Positions 1 to 9,568 of a stretch of 64,000 nucleotides of DNA are shown here, in pieces (within the stretch, counting starts at the first letter, position 1; every line of letters starts with the position of its first letter). Location of the stretch: the NCBI GenBank assembly GCA_902586495.1, contig CACIHQ010000005.1, forward strand, positions 4,953 to 68,952, given 5' to 3'. Made by a program: the position numbers and the translations under genes. Under the pieces are notes generated by a model, which saw nothing but the letters and a program-made list of their open reading frames with translations, was not told the DNA's origin and did no database searches. Source of the DNA: an uncultured Pelagibacteraceae bacterium (GTDB lineage: Bacteria > Pseudomonadota > Alphaproteobacteria > Pelagibacterales > Pelagibacteraceae).

Positions 1-1773
1 TATAGAAACTGAGTTTTTGCCAAAAAAATTAATAAATTTATTAAATTGTGAATTTGATAAAACTGGGCTATTCAAAACATAAATATTTTCTTTCGTTAAA
101 GTGTCAAAATCTAAAATATTCCCAAGATTACCAAATCTAGTTTTCAAACTCATAACTTTATTTTCTCTTAGAGAGTCAATCGGTGGGTTAGTCACTTGGC
201 TAAAGTTTTGTCTAAAAAAATGATAAAGTGGTCTGTATTTATCTGATAAAACTGCTAAAGGTGTATCATCACCCATAGAACCTGTCGCTTCTTTAGCATC
301 TTCTGCCATTGGATGTAAAATTAACTCTAAGTCTTCTAAGCTTATTCCAAAAGTATGTTGTCGTCTCCTTAGATCTTCGCCATCAAAATTATGTTTCTCA
401 TTAGAGATGAATAATTTTTCATCTAAATCTATTATCTGAGAATTGAAATGCTTATATTCTTTCGCTAAATAGTCTTTAATTTGGTTATTCGTAAATAATT
501 TACCTTTTTCAATTCTAACCCCAATTATCTCACCAGGGCCTAGTCTACCTTTTGATAAAATTCTTTTTTCATTTAATTCAATCATTCCAGTTTCAGATCC
601 AGCAAAGAGAAACTTGTCTTTTGTGATTGCGTATCTTAAGGGTCTTAAACCATTACGGTCATTTGCTGCAATAACCCATTCATTATCTGTTGCAGCAATT
701 GCTGCAGGACCATCCCAAGGTTCCATGGTGCTATTTAAAAAATTAAACAGTTGTTGATGATTTTTTGGTAGAGTTTTATTTCTTTTTGACCAAGCATCAG
801 GTATCATCATTAATTTTGCTAAAGGAGCGGGTTGGCCTGATTTATTTAATAACTCAAAAACATTATCTAAGGCTGCAGAGTCTGAAACTCCTTTTTGTAT
901 AACAGGCTTTAAATTTTCAATATTTTCAAAAAAAGGACTACTCATCTCCTGTTCATGAACTCTCATCCAGTTTTTGTTTCCTTTATAAGTATTAATTTCA
1001 CCATTATGGGCGACTGCTCTAAACGGTTGAGCCAAACTCCAGCTCGGAGCGGTGTTGGTTGAAAATCTCTGATGAAAAATTGCAAATCTTGAAATAAATC
1101 TTTCATCCTTTAAATCCAAGAAAAAATCTGAAATAGCCTCAGCTAAAAACATGCCTTTATAGATAATTGATTTAGCGCTTATTGAACAAATATAAAAATT
1201 ATTTAATGATAAATTGAACGCTTTATTCTCAATTTTTTTTCTTGTTTCATAAATTTTTCTCTCAAGATCTTTATCAATTAGATTTTTATTATTTGTTTTG
1301 AAAAGCACTTGAATTATCTCTGGCATAGTTTGAAGGGCCTTTTCTCCTAAAACTTTCGGATTTACAGGCACCTGCCTCCAACCATAAATACTGAAATTGT
1401 TTTTGGTTAATTCACTTTCTACAATCGTTTTACAGCTTTCTTGTGAAGCATAATCATTCCTAGGTAAAAAAATCATCCCAACACAAATATCAGAACCATC
1501 GTGTGTGTGACCTGTAACTTCTATTTTTTCAACAAAAAAATCTTTAGGTATTTCTAAATGTATTCCTGCCCCATCACCCGTTTTTCCATCAGCATCAACG
1601 GCCCCTCGATGCCAAACAGCTTTTAAAGCTTCAATTCCATATTCTACAACTTCTCTTGATTTTTTTCCCTCTGTCGATGCAATTAACCCTACTCCACATG
1701 CATCATGTTCCATTTCTTTAGAATAAACATTATTTTTTGTAAGTAATTCTAAATTTTTTTTATAACTACTCAT
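1..1773 (-). CDS. gltB: Glutamate synthase large subunit, 5' part (runs off the window start)
   Basis: Manual translation from ATG at 1773 gives MSSYKKNLELLTKNNVYSKEMEHDACGVGLIA, containing the class II glutamine amidotransferase catalytic Cys (DACGVG); later motifs HQRFSTNT, AHNGEINT and EPWDGPA; the ATG overlaps the gltD stop (TAATG). Confidence 0.97.
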   Translation of the reverse strand, partial: MSSYKKNLELLTKNNVYSKEMEHDACGVGLIASTEGKKSREVVEYGIEALKAVWHRGAVDADGKTGDGAGIHLEIPKDFFVEKIEVTGHTHDGSDICVGMIFLPRNDYASQESCKTIVESELTKNNFSIYGWRQVPVNPKVLGEKALQTMPEIIQVLFKTNNKNLIDKDLERKIYETRKKIENKAFNLSLNNFYICSISAKSIIYKGMFLAEAISDFFLDLKDERFISRFAIFHQRFSTNTAPSWSLAQPFRAVAHNGEINTYKGNKNWMRVHEQEMSSPFFENIENLKPVIQKGVSDSAALDNVFELLNKSGQPAPLAKLMMIPDAWSKRNKTLPKNHQQLFNFLNSTMEPWDGPAAIAATDNEWVIAANDRNGLRPLRYAITKDKFLFAGSETGMIELNEKRILSKGRLGPGEIIGVRIEKGKLFTNNQIKDYLAKEYKHFNSQIIDLDEKLFISNEKHNFDGEDLRRRQHTFGISLEDLELILHPMAEDAKEATGSMGDDTPLAVLSDKYRPLYHFFRQNFSQVTNPPIDSLRENKVMSLKTRFGNLGNILDFDTLTKENIYVLNSPVLSNSQFNKFINFFGKNSVSI

Positions 1774-3212
1774 TATGCAACTTTTGATTTTTTTAATTCT
1801 ATATTTTCGAGATAAGACTTGATTGACAACGCAGCATCCCGTCCATCTTTTATTGCCCATACCACTAAAGATGCACCTCTTACAATATCTCCAGCAGCAA
1901 AAACACCTTTGATATTTGTCTCCATAGTATCAAAATCAGCTTTTATTGTTCCCCATTTTGTAACTTGTAACTCTTGTGCTTCAAATAATAATGGCAAGTT
2001 TTCAGGATCAAATCCTAAAGCTTTTATTACCATATCTGCTTTAATTTCAAATTCAGATCCTTGTTTTATTTCTGGTCTTCTTCTACCTGTGTCATCTGGA
2101 TCTCCAAGTTGGATTTGATCTACAATTAATTTTTCGATTTTATTTTTTCCTTTAAATTCTTTTGGACTAGACAACCAAACAAATTCAACACCTTCTTCTT
2201 CTGCGTTAGCTACTTCTCTTGCAGATCCAGGCATATTATCTTTATCTCTTCTATATAAGCATTTAACCGAGTTAGCTTTTTGTCTTACTGAGGTTCGAAC
2301 ACAATCCATTGCTGTATCCCCACCTCCAATGACTACTACATCTTTACCTTCAGCATTTAATATACCTTTATCAAATAAATCAACTTTATCTCCCAATCCT
2401 TTTTTGTTTGATGCGGTTAAAAACTCCATAGCAGGAAAAATATTGTCTAAGTCGTTCCCTGGTAGATTAATCTCTCTTGGTTTATAAACCCCGGTAGCAA
2501 TTAAAATTGCATCATGTCTTTTTCTCAGTTGCTCTAAAGTTGCATCCTTACCAACCTCAAAATTTTGTTCAAATTTAATTCCACCATCTTTCAATAATTT
2601 AGTTCTTCTCTCGACTACATGTTTTTCTAATTTAAAATTTGGTATACCATAAATTAATAAGCCACCTGCTCTGTCATATCTGTCATAAATAGTTATTTGA
2701 TATCCATTTTTCCTAAGTTGTTCAGCAGCTGCAAGTCCAGCAGGTCCAGCACCAATTATTCCAACACTTTGATCTTTTTCATGTTTAACTGAAATTGGTT
2801 TTACCCATCCATTTTCCCATGCACTATCTGTAATATATTTTTCGACTGATCCAATTGTAACAGTGCCATGGCCTGACTGCTCAATAACACAGTTACCCTC
2901 ACACAATCTGTCTTGTGGGCATATTCTACCACAAACCTCGGGCATGTTGTTTGTGCTTTGAGATAATTCATAAGCTTCTTTCAATCTGCCTTCAGCAGTC
3001 AATTTGAGCCAGTCTGGAATATTGTTACTTAACGGACAATGGACTTGGCAAAAGGGAACACCACATTGAGAGCATCTACTTGACTGCTCTTGTGCTTTTT
3101 GAGTTATGAATTCGTCATAGATTTCATTAAAATCAACTTTTCTGTTATCAACTCCTCTTTTAGGTGGAGTTTGTTGACCTATTTTGACGAATTTTAGCAT
3201 TTTGTCAGTCAT
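1773..3212 (-). CDS. gltD: Glutamate synthase small subunit (NADPH)
   Basis: Fe-S motifs RCSQCGVPFCQVHCP and CGRICPQDRLCEGNC; dinucleotide-binding motifs GAGPAG and GGGDTAMDC; adjacent to gltB. Confidence 0.97.
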   Translation of the reverse strand: MTDKMLKFVKIGQQTPPKRGVDNRKVDFNEIYDEFITQKAQEQSSRCSQCGVPFCQVHCPLSNNIPDWLKLTAEGRLKEAYELSQSTNNMPEVCGRICPQDRLCEGNCVIEQSGHGTVTIGSVEKYITDSAWENGWVKPISVKHEKDQSVGIIGAGPAGLAAAEQLRKNGYQITIYDRYDRAGGLLIYGIPNFKLEKHVVERRTKLLKDGGIKFEQNFEVGKDATLEQLRKRHDAILIATGVYKPREINLPGNDLDNIFPAMEFLTASNKKGLGDKVDLFDKGILNAEGKDVVVIGGGDTAMDCVRTSVRQKANSVKCLYRRDKDNMPGSAREVANAEEEGVEFVWLSSPKEFKGKNKIEKLIVDQIQLGDPDDTGRRRPEIKQGSEFEIKADMVIKALGFDPENLPLLFEAQELQVTKWGTIKADFDTMETNIKGVFAAGDIVRGASLVVWAIKDGRDAALSIKSYLENIELKKSKVA

Positions 3213-3263
3213 ATTTTTTTAAAATTTATGGCACAATATACATTGTTTTTATTAGTAAAAGAA

Positions 3264-3294
3264 ATATATAGGTCAGTTACTTTGACCTAAATAT
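3264..3294. promoter_or_regulatory. Palindromic operator-like site upstream of gltDB (divergent from uppP)
   Basis: ATATATAGGTCA-gttactt-TGACCTAAATAT: 12-bp arms with one mismatch and a 7-nt spacer, in the gltD/uppP divergent intergenic region. Confidence 0.55.
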
Positions 3295-3395
3295 AACAAT
3301 ATTTAGCTTAAAATATACTTAATCTAATTTTTGCATATCTAATATGATTAAATCGAATTGTTTAAAATGAATATTTTTTAAGTTACGACACTTAT

Positions 3396-4163
3396 ATGCT
3401 TAGAGATTTTATAGAAATTTTAATTCTTTCTTCCGTTCAGGGAATCTCTGAATTTTTACCCATAAGCTCATCAGCTCATTTAATATTGGTATCAAATTTT
3501 TACGATTTAGAGACAAGTTCTTTGTTGATAGATATAAGTTTACATTTAGGCTCTTTAATTGCGGTAATTTTTTTTTTTAGAAAAGAATTATTTGATCTAA
3601 GAAATAATAATAGATTATTAAGTTTAATAATTATTGGCTCTTTGCCTTTAATAATATTCGGATATGTTTTATACACCACTGAATTTATTCATCTTTTAAG
3701 AAACACAAAAGTAATTGCATCAACAACATTGTTTTTTGGATTTATACTTTTTTTTGCTGATCAAAGAGAAACTGATCGATCTATCTCATCAGATTTAAAT
3801 ATTAAATCAATTTTAATAATAGGTTTATTTCAAATTCTAGCATTGATACCAGGAGTTAGTAGAGCTGGAATAACAATTACCGCAGCAAGATTTTTAAACT
3901 TTAATAGAATTGACTCTAGTAAAATTTCTTTTTTATTATCTATACCTGCTTTGGCAGGAGCAAGCTTTTTAGGTTTAAGGGAGGCCTTTGAACAATCAAT
4001 AGAAATAAATCATTTATTATTAATCGCAACTTTCTTATCATTTTTATTTTCATTTTTTACAATTAAATATTTTCTTAAATTTATAAATAAAATTTCCTTT
4101 AATATATTTGTAGTGTATCGAATAATTCTTGGCTTAATTTTATTTTTAATAATATATACTTAA
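3396..4163 (+). CDS. uppP: Undecaprenyl-diphosphate phosphatase
   Basis: BacA signature motifs QGISEFLPISSSAH and PGVSRAG; polytopic membrane protein. Confidence 0.95.
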   Translation: MLRDFIEILILSSVQGISEFLPISSSAHLILVSNFYDLETSSLLIDISLHLGSLIAVIFFFRKELFDLRNNNRLLSLIIIGSLPLIIFGYVLYTTEFIHLLRNTKVIASTTLFFGFILFFADQRETDRSISSDLNIKSILIIGLFQILALIPGVSRAGITITAARFLNFNRIDSSKISFLLSIPALAGASFLGLREAFEQSIEINHLLLIATFLSFLFSFFTIKYFLKFINKISFNIFVVYRIILGLILFLIIYT

Positions 4164-5050
4164 GTTGTTTTCTTAATTAATGGAACTAATTGAGATAATA
4201 GGACCCCACTTAATATGAAAAAACAACCCAGTAAATTATTAATTCCTAGTATTTGATTTAAAAGAAACCAAGCAGCGATCGTTGCAAATACACCTTCTAA
4301 GGAAAAAATTATTGCTGCTGGTGCTGGTGTTATATTTCTTTGGGCATAAATTTGTAAAACAAATGCAAAACCACCTGACAAAATTCCAGCGTATAAAATT
4401 GAATCTATTTCATTCAAAATATTTTCAATTACAAATTTTTCAGAAAATAAACCTATAATAAATGAAAATAGAGCAACTAGTAGAGTTTGAATTGCGCCAA
4501 TCGTTAATGGTAGATTGTACTTTTTAATAATTATACCAGTAAAAATAATATGTGTACTCCAAAATAAAGCTCCCAATATCACTAGAGTGTCACCTAGTCT
4601 TACAGTTGCATCTTGAAAATTTGTTAATAAATATCCACCAATCAAACATAAAATTACTGATGGCCATACACTCCAATGTAGAAAATCTTTTTTAAAGATG
4701 AAAATAATTATGGGGACCATTGGCACATAAAAAATTGTAAAAAAAGCGGCATTTGCTACATCTGTGTAAAGCAACGCAACCTGTTGTAATGCTGAGCCTA
4801 GAAATAATGACACTCCAATTAAAAGTGACAGAATAATGAATGTTTTCGTATCAAATCTAAATTCCTTTTTTAATTTTTTCGCTTCAAACAATAATGCTAG
4901 AGGAATAATTGCTAAAAAACCTACAAAAAATCTTACAGAATTAAAAGTGAACGGGCCGATGTCATCCATACCTGTATCCTGTGCAATGAATGTAGTCCCC
5001 CAAATGAAAGTGCACAGTAATGCACTAAATAATGATAGAGTTTTTGACAT
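4160..5050 (-). CDS. EamA/DMT family transporter
   Basis: About 10 hydrophobic segments in two repeats, starting with IWGTTF; 296 aa. Confidence 0.85.
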   Translation of the reverse strand: MSKTLSLFSALLCTFIWGTTFIAQDTGMDDIGPFTFNSVRFFVGFLAIIPLALLFEAKKLKKEFRFDTKTFIILSLLIGVSLFLGSALQQVALLYTDVANAAFFTIFYVPMVPIIIFIFKKDFLHWSVWPSVILCLIGGYLLTNFQDATVRLGDTLVILGALFWSTHIIFTGIIIKKYNLPLTIGAIQTLLVALFSFIIGLFSEKFVIENILNEIDSILYAGILSGGFAFVLQIYAQRNITPAPAAIIFSLEGVFATIAAWFLLNQILGINNLLGCFFILSGVLLSQLVPLIKKTT

Positions 5051-5055
5051 ATTTT

Positions 5056-6318
5056 TTATACAGCTAATTTATAAGCAAAATTTTTTCCAAGATTATCTTT
5101 CAAATCGTTGTTAAATCGAGCAGCTTCAGCTCCATCAATTATTCTATGATCATATGATAAAGATAAAGGTAAAATTGTTCGTGTTATGAACTTTCCATCA
5201 GTAAAAATTTGTTTTTTTTGAGATTTACCAACTCCTAGAATTGCGACTTCTGGGTAATTAATAATAGGTGTAAAAAAAGAACCACCAATTCCTCCTAGAC
5301 TCGTTATAGTCATAGAACCACCAAATAATTCTTTTTTATCAATTTTAAGATTTCTGCATTGATCACTTAATTTTTTAAGTTCAGTATCAATTAAAGTTAT
5401 GTTCTTGTTATCAGCATTTCTAAGTTTTGGTACCATAAGCCCATGCTTCGTATCCACAGCTATACCAATATGATAGTACTTTTTTACAGTCATTGTTCCT
5501 TTATAAATTTCATCGATAGATGAATTAAAATTTGGAAATTTTTTAAGTGATGCAGTTAAAGCTTTGACAATAAAAGCTAAAGGAGTAATTTTTTTTTTTT
5601 CTCCAGTGTAAATATCTGTAAGAGAAATTCTAAACTCCTCTAATTCAGTTATATCTGCTTCATCATGATTGGTCACATGAGGAATATTGGCCCAAGAATT
5701 CATAAGATATTTAGATGAAAGTTTTTTTACTCTTGGAATATCCTTTATTTCCGTTTTTCCAAATTCAGAGTGAGGATACTCTAATTCTATCGTTTCATCT
5801 TTCTTGAATTCTTTTTCAATATTTCTCTTAGGAGTTTTTGCAACAAATAACTTAACATCACTTTCAGTTACCCTTCCTAATCTTTCACTACCTTCAACTT
5901 TACTAATATCAACACCAAGTTCTCTTGCAAATTTTCTGACTTTGGGTGAGGCCGATGTTTTTTTTGAAAAATCTTTTACGATAATATTTTTTGATCTAAC
6001 TTCTTTTTCAATTTCTATATTTTTTTCTTTGATGTTTTCTTTTTTAATTGATTGTATTTTTTTAGTTTCTACATTGTTGTCTTTTAATTCAATTTCTAAA
6101 ATCTTGCTACCTTCAGAAACCTTATCTCCAACCTTTAAGTTTAGTTCTGTAACTAATCCATCATGTAATGAGGGAATTTCAACACTCGATTTATCACTTT
6201 CAATTGTGATTAAAGGATCATTTTTTTTAATCTTTTGACCTTTTTTGATTAAAATTTCAATAACCTCTACATCTTTGAATTCACCAATGTTTGGAACCTT
6301 TATATCTGTTTTTGGCAT
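5056..6318 (-). CDS. aceF: Pyruvate dehydrogenase E2, dihydrolipoamide acetyltransferase (single lipoyl domain)
   Basis: Lipoyl motif IESDKSSVEIPS; E3-binding ASPKVRKFARELGVD; catalytic DHRIIDG. Confidence 0.95.
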   Translation of the reverse strand: MPKTDIKVPNIGEFKDVEVIEILIKKGQKIKKNDPLITIESDKSSVEIPSLHDGLVTELNLKVGDKVSEGSKILEIELKDNNVETKKIQSIKKENIKEKNIEIEKEVRSKNIIVKDFSKKTSASPKVRKFARELGVDISKVEGSERLGRVTESDVKLFVAKTPKRNIEKEFKKDETIELEYPHSEFGKTEIKDIPRVKKLSSKYLMNSWANIPHVTNHDEADITELEEFRISLTDIYTGEKKKITPLAFIVKALTASLKKFPNFNSSIDEIYKGTMTVKKYYHIGIAVDTKHGLMVPKLRNADNKNITLIDTELKKLSDQCRNLKIDKKELFGGSMTITSLGGIGGSFFTPIINYPEVAILGVGKSQKKQIFTDGKFITRTILPLSLSYDHRIIDGAEAARFNNDLKDNLGKNFAYKLAV

Positions 6319-9300
6319 TTATAATTTTGTTGGCATTGGTTTATCAGTATCAATCTTATACTTTTTGATTGCTTCTTTAGCATATTTTGATGCAATAAGC
6401 TGTTCCTTTGCTAAAATACTTAATCCATATGTTGTGATATGTTCCTTATCAACCTCAAAAAATTTTCTTAACTCTTTTCTTGTATCACTTCGTCCAAATC
6501 CATCTGTTCCTAATGAATAAAAACTTTTATTTACATAAGGTCTTATCTGGTCGGAGTTCATTCTCATATAATCAGAGGCTGCTAAAATTGGCCCCTCAGA
6601 ATTGCCCAAACATTTTTCTACATAGCTTTTTTTTGGTTCTTTATCAGGATTCAGAAGATTATATCTTTCTACGTCAAGACCATCTCTTCTTAATTCATTA
6701 AAGCTTGTTACACTCCAAATTTCACTATCGATTTGATACTCATTTTGTAATATTTCTGCACCAGCTATCATCTCTCTTAATATAGTGCCAGATCCAAGAA
6801 ACTGAATTTTAGTTTTTTTATACTTATTAAACTCCTTTATTTTGTACATTCCTTTTAAAATACCATCCTCACAAGATTTATCTTTAGGCATTTCTGGATG
6901 TGGATAATTTTCATTCATGGTTGTAATATAGTAGAAAATATTCTCTTTTTTCTCATGCATTCTTTTTAAACCTTCTCGAAATATAACTGCAAGCTCGTAA
7001 TGAAATGTTGGATCATATGATCTGCAATTAGGAATGGTCGAAGCCATTATGTGGCTATGACCATCTTGATGTTGTAAACCTTCTCCAGCAAGAGTCGTTC
7101 TTCCAGCAGTAGCTCCAATTAAAAATCCTCTGGACTGACTATCTGCACCTGCCCAAGCAAAATCTCCTATTCTCTGAAAACCAAACATTGAGTAAAAAAG
7201 ATAAATTGGGATCATTTCAATATCATGGTTTGTATATGAAGTTCCTGCAGCAATCCATGATGACATTGCTCCAGCTTCGTTAATTCCTTCTTCTAAAACT
7301 TGACCACTCTTTTCCTCTTTGTACGAACTTAGTTGAGCAGAATCTTCTGGCTCATATTTTTGACCTTCATGTGCGTAAATTCCAATCTTTTGAAAAAAAC
7401 CTTCCATACCAAATGTTCTAGCTTCGTCAGGAATGATAGGGACCAGCCTAGGTGCAACATTTTTATCTCTTAAAAGATTTGTCAACATTCTGACTAATGC
7501 CATTGTGGTCGACATTTCTTTTTCACCTGTAGAAACTTTCATATTATCAAAAATATCTTTTGGAGGTGCTTTAATAGGTTTTGCATAAGTAGTTCTCTCA
7601 GGAATAAAGCCACCCAACTGAAGTCTTCTTTCTTTGATGTATTTTATTTCAGGTGAGTTTTGATCTGGCTTATAATATTCAATATTTTTGACCTGCTGAT
7701 CTGTTAATGGAACATCAAATCTATCCCTATAATACATTAAATCTTCAACATCTAATTTTTTAGTCTGATGAGTCGTATTTACACTTTCACCACTTTTGCC
7801 CATGCCATAACCCTTTATAGTCTTAGCAATTACAACAGTGGGACTACCAACATTTTTAGATGCTTTAGCATATGCTGCAAAAACTTTATGGGGATCATGC
7901 CCACCTCTGTTTAATCTCCAAATATCTTTGTCAGAAAGACTTGAGACAAGTTCCGAAGTTTCCGGATATTTTCCAAAAAATTTTGCTCTAACGTAAGCTC
8001 CATCTCTTGCTTTCATTGCTTGATATTCTCCATCTACTGTTTCGTTCATTGTCTTAATAAGATAACCTGTTTTGTCATTAGCTAACAATGAATCCCAATA
8101 AGAACCCCAAATTACTTTAATAACATTCCATCCTGCTCCTCTAAAAATTCCCTCTAATTCTTGTATAATTTTTCCATTACCTCGCACTGGACCGTCTAAT
8201 CTTTGAAGGTTACAATTTATAACAAATATTAGATTATCTAAATTTTCCCTAGCTGCTAAACCAATTGCTCCTAAAGACTCTGGCTCATCCATTTCGCCAT
8301 CACCTAAAAATGACCAAACTTTTCTACCCTCATCCTTAATTAGACCTCTATTAATCAAGTATTTCATATATCTTGCTTGATAAATCGCTAACATTGGCCC
8401 TAAACCCATAGAGACTGTTGGAAATTGCCAAAAGTTTGGCATTAACCAAGGATGTGGATATGAAGATAAGCCACCAGGCTTAACTTCCTGTCTAAAACTG
8501 TCTAATTGTTTTTCATTAAGCCTTCCTTCAAGGAATGCTCTAGCATACATACCAGGTGCACTATGACCTTGAAAATAAATAAGATCTCCACCGAATTTAT
8601 TATTTTTAGCTCTCCAAAAATGATTCATTCCAACATCATATAAAGTTGCAGCAGATGCAAAAGTTCCAATATGGCCTCCAAGTTCAGGAAATTTTTTATT
8701 TGCTCTTACTACCATTGCAGCAGCATTCCATCTAATTAATGACCTAATCCTTCTTTCTATATTCTGATCACCATTTGATTTCTTCTCCTCACTCACGGGA
8801 ATCGTATTTATATATGGGGTATTTTGAGTGTATGGAATATTGGCGCCCTCCATATAAGCTTTATTAATTAATTCCTTAATTAAATAGTGAGCTCTCTGAT
8901 TACCATCTTTTTCAATAACATCTGAGAGAGACTCTATCCATTCACGTGTCTCTAAAGGATCAATATCACCCTCATTTACAACTTCAATTTTGCTAGGTTT
9001 TTCTTTCTCTAATTCTGGAATTTGCTTTTCTTGTTCTTTATTTTTCTTTAAAGAATTTTCCGCCTCTAAAATTAAATTTTCAGTATTTTTTGGAACCTCT
9101 TCTAATTTAGACAATTTTTTACTAGGGCTTGATATATTGAGAAGCAAATCCCCTTTTGAAACTTTATCACCAACTTTTACCTCAATGTTTTCAATTTTCC
9201 CTGAAAAAGTTGATGGAATTTCAACACTTGATTTGTCACTTTCAATGGTGACCACAGGATCATTTATTTTAATTTCTTGACCTTCAGCAACAAGTAATTC

Positions 9301-9357
9301 AATTACCTCAACATTTTCAAAATCGCCAATATCAGGAACTAATAATTTTTCAGTCAT
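6319..9357 (-). CDS. aceE: Pyruvate dehydrogenase E1, homodimeric AceE type, with N-terminal lipoyl domain
   Basis: AceE motifs DIDPLETREW, GGHIGTFAS, GDGEMDEPES (TPP binding) and GEGLQHQDG; residues ~1-77 form a lipoyl domain with IESDKSSVEIPS. Confidence 0.95.
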   Translation of the reverse strand: MTEKLLVPDIGDFENVEVIELLVAEGQEIKINDPVVTIESDKSSVEIPSTFSGKIENIEVKVGDKVSKGDLLLNISSPSKKLSKLEEVPKNTENLILEAENSLKKNKEQEKQIPELEKEKPSKIEVVNEGDIDPLETREWIESLSDVIEKDGNQRAHYLIKELINKAYMEGANIPYTQNTPYINTIPVSEEKKSNGDQNIERRIRSLIRWNAAAMVVRANKKFPELGGHIGTFASAATLYDVGMNHFWRAKNNKFGGDLIYFQGHSAPGMYARAFLEGRLNEKQLDSFRQEVKPGGLSSYPHPWLMPNFWQFPTVSMGLGPMLAIYQARYMKYLINRGLIKDEGRKVWSFLGDGEMDEPESLGAIGLAARENLDNLIFVINCNLQRLDGPVRGNGKIIQELEGIFRGAGWNVIKVIWGSYWDSLLANDKTGYLIKTMNETVDGEYQAMKARDGAYVRAKFFGKYPETSELVSSLSDKDIWRLNRGGHDPHKVFAAYAKASKNVGSPTVVIAKTIKGYGMGKSGESVNTTHQTKKLDVEDLMYYRDRFDVPLTDQQVKNIEYYKPDQNSPEIKYIKERRLQLGGFIPERTTYAKPIKAPPKDIFDNMKVSTGEKEMSTTMALVRMLTNLLRDKNVAPRLVPIIPDEARTFGMEGFFQKIGIYAHEGQKYEPEDSAQLSSYKEEKSGQVLEEGINEAGAMSSWIAAGTSYTNHDIEMIPIYLFYSMFGFQRIGDFAWAGADSQSRGFLIGATAGRTTLAGEGLQHQDGHSHIMASTIPNCRSYDPTFHYELAVIFREGLKRMHEKKENIFYYITTMNENYPHPEMPKDKSCEDGILKGMYKIKEFNKYKKTKIQFLGSGTILREMIAGAEILQNEYQIDSEIWSVTSFNELRRDGLDVERYNLLNPDKEPKKSYVEKCLGNSEGPILAASDYMRMNSDQIRPYVNKSFYSLGTDGFGRSDTRKELRKFFEVDKEHITTYGLSILAKEQLIASKYAKEAIKKYKIDTDKPMPTKL

Positions 9358-9451
9358 TTTTATGTTTTATACACTATAAAAATATAGTTAATTGCAAATT
9401 TTAACACATTCTTTCCTATTTTTTGACAATCTTTTACTCTTAAATGCAAAA

Positions 9452-9568
9452 ATGATTAAAAAGTTATTAAAATTTATTATTCATTCTAATGATAATAAAC
9501 ACATAGACGCTAAAATGTGGATACAAAAAATCTTACTAGAAGGGAAGTACGGAAAGACAAATTCCTAA
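9452..9568 (+). CDS. Putative 38-aa small protein MIKKLLKFIIHSNDNKHIDAKMWIQKILLEGKYGKTNS
   Basis: Manually translated ORF filling the aceE/thiolase gap; its stop overlaps the convergent thiolase stop by 4 nt; no clear SD. Confidence 0.35.
   Translation: MIKKLLKFIIHSNDNKHIDAKMWIQKILLEGKYGKTNS

Noticed and set aside
5804-9280. Similar plus-strand ORFs 5804-6238 and 8990-9280 sharing GISTLDLSLS
   Set aside because: Both are antisense reflections of the duplicated lipoyl domains in aceF and aceE, not a separate repeat family.
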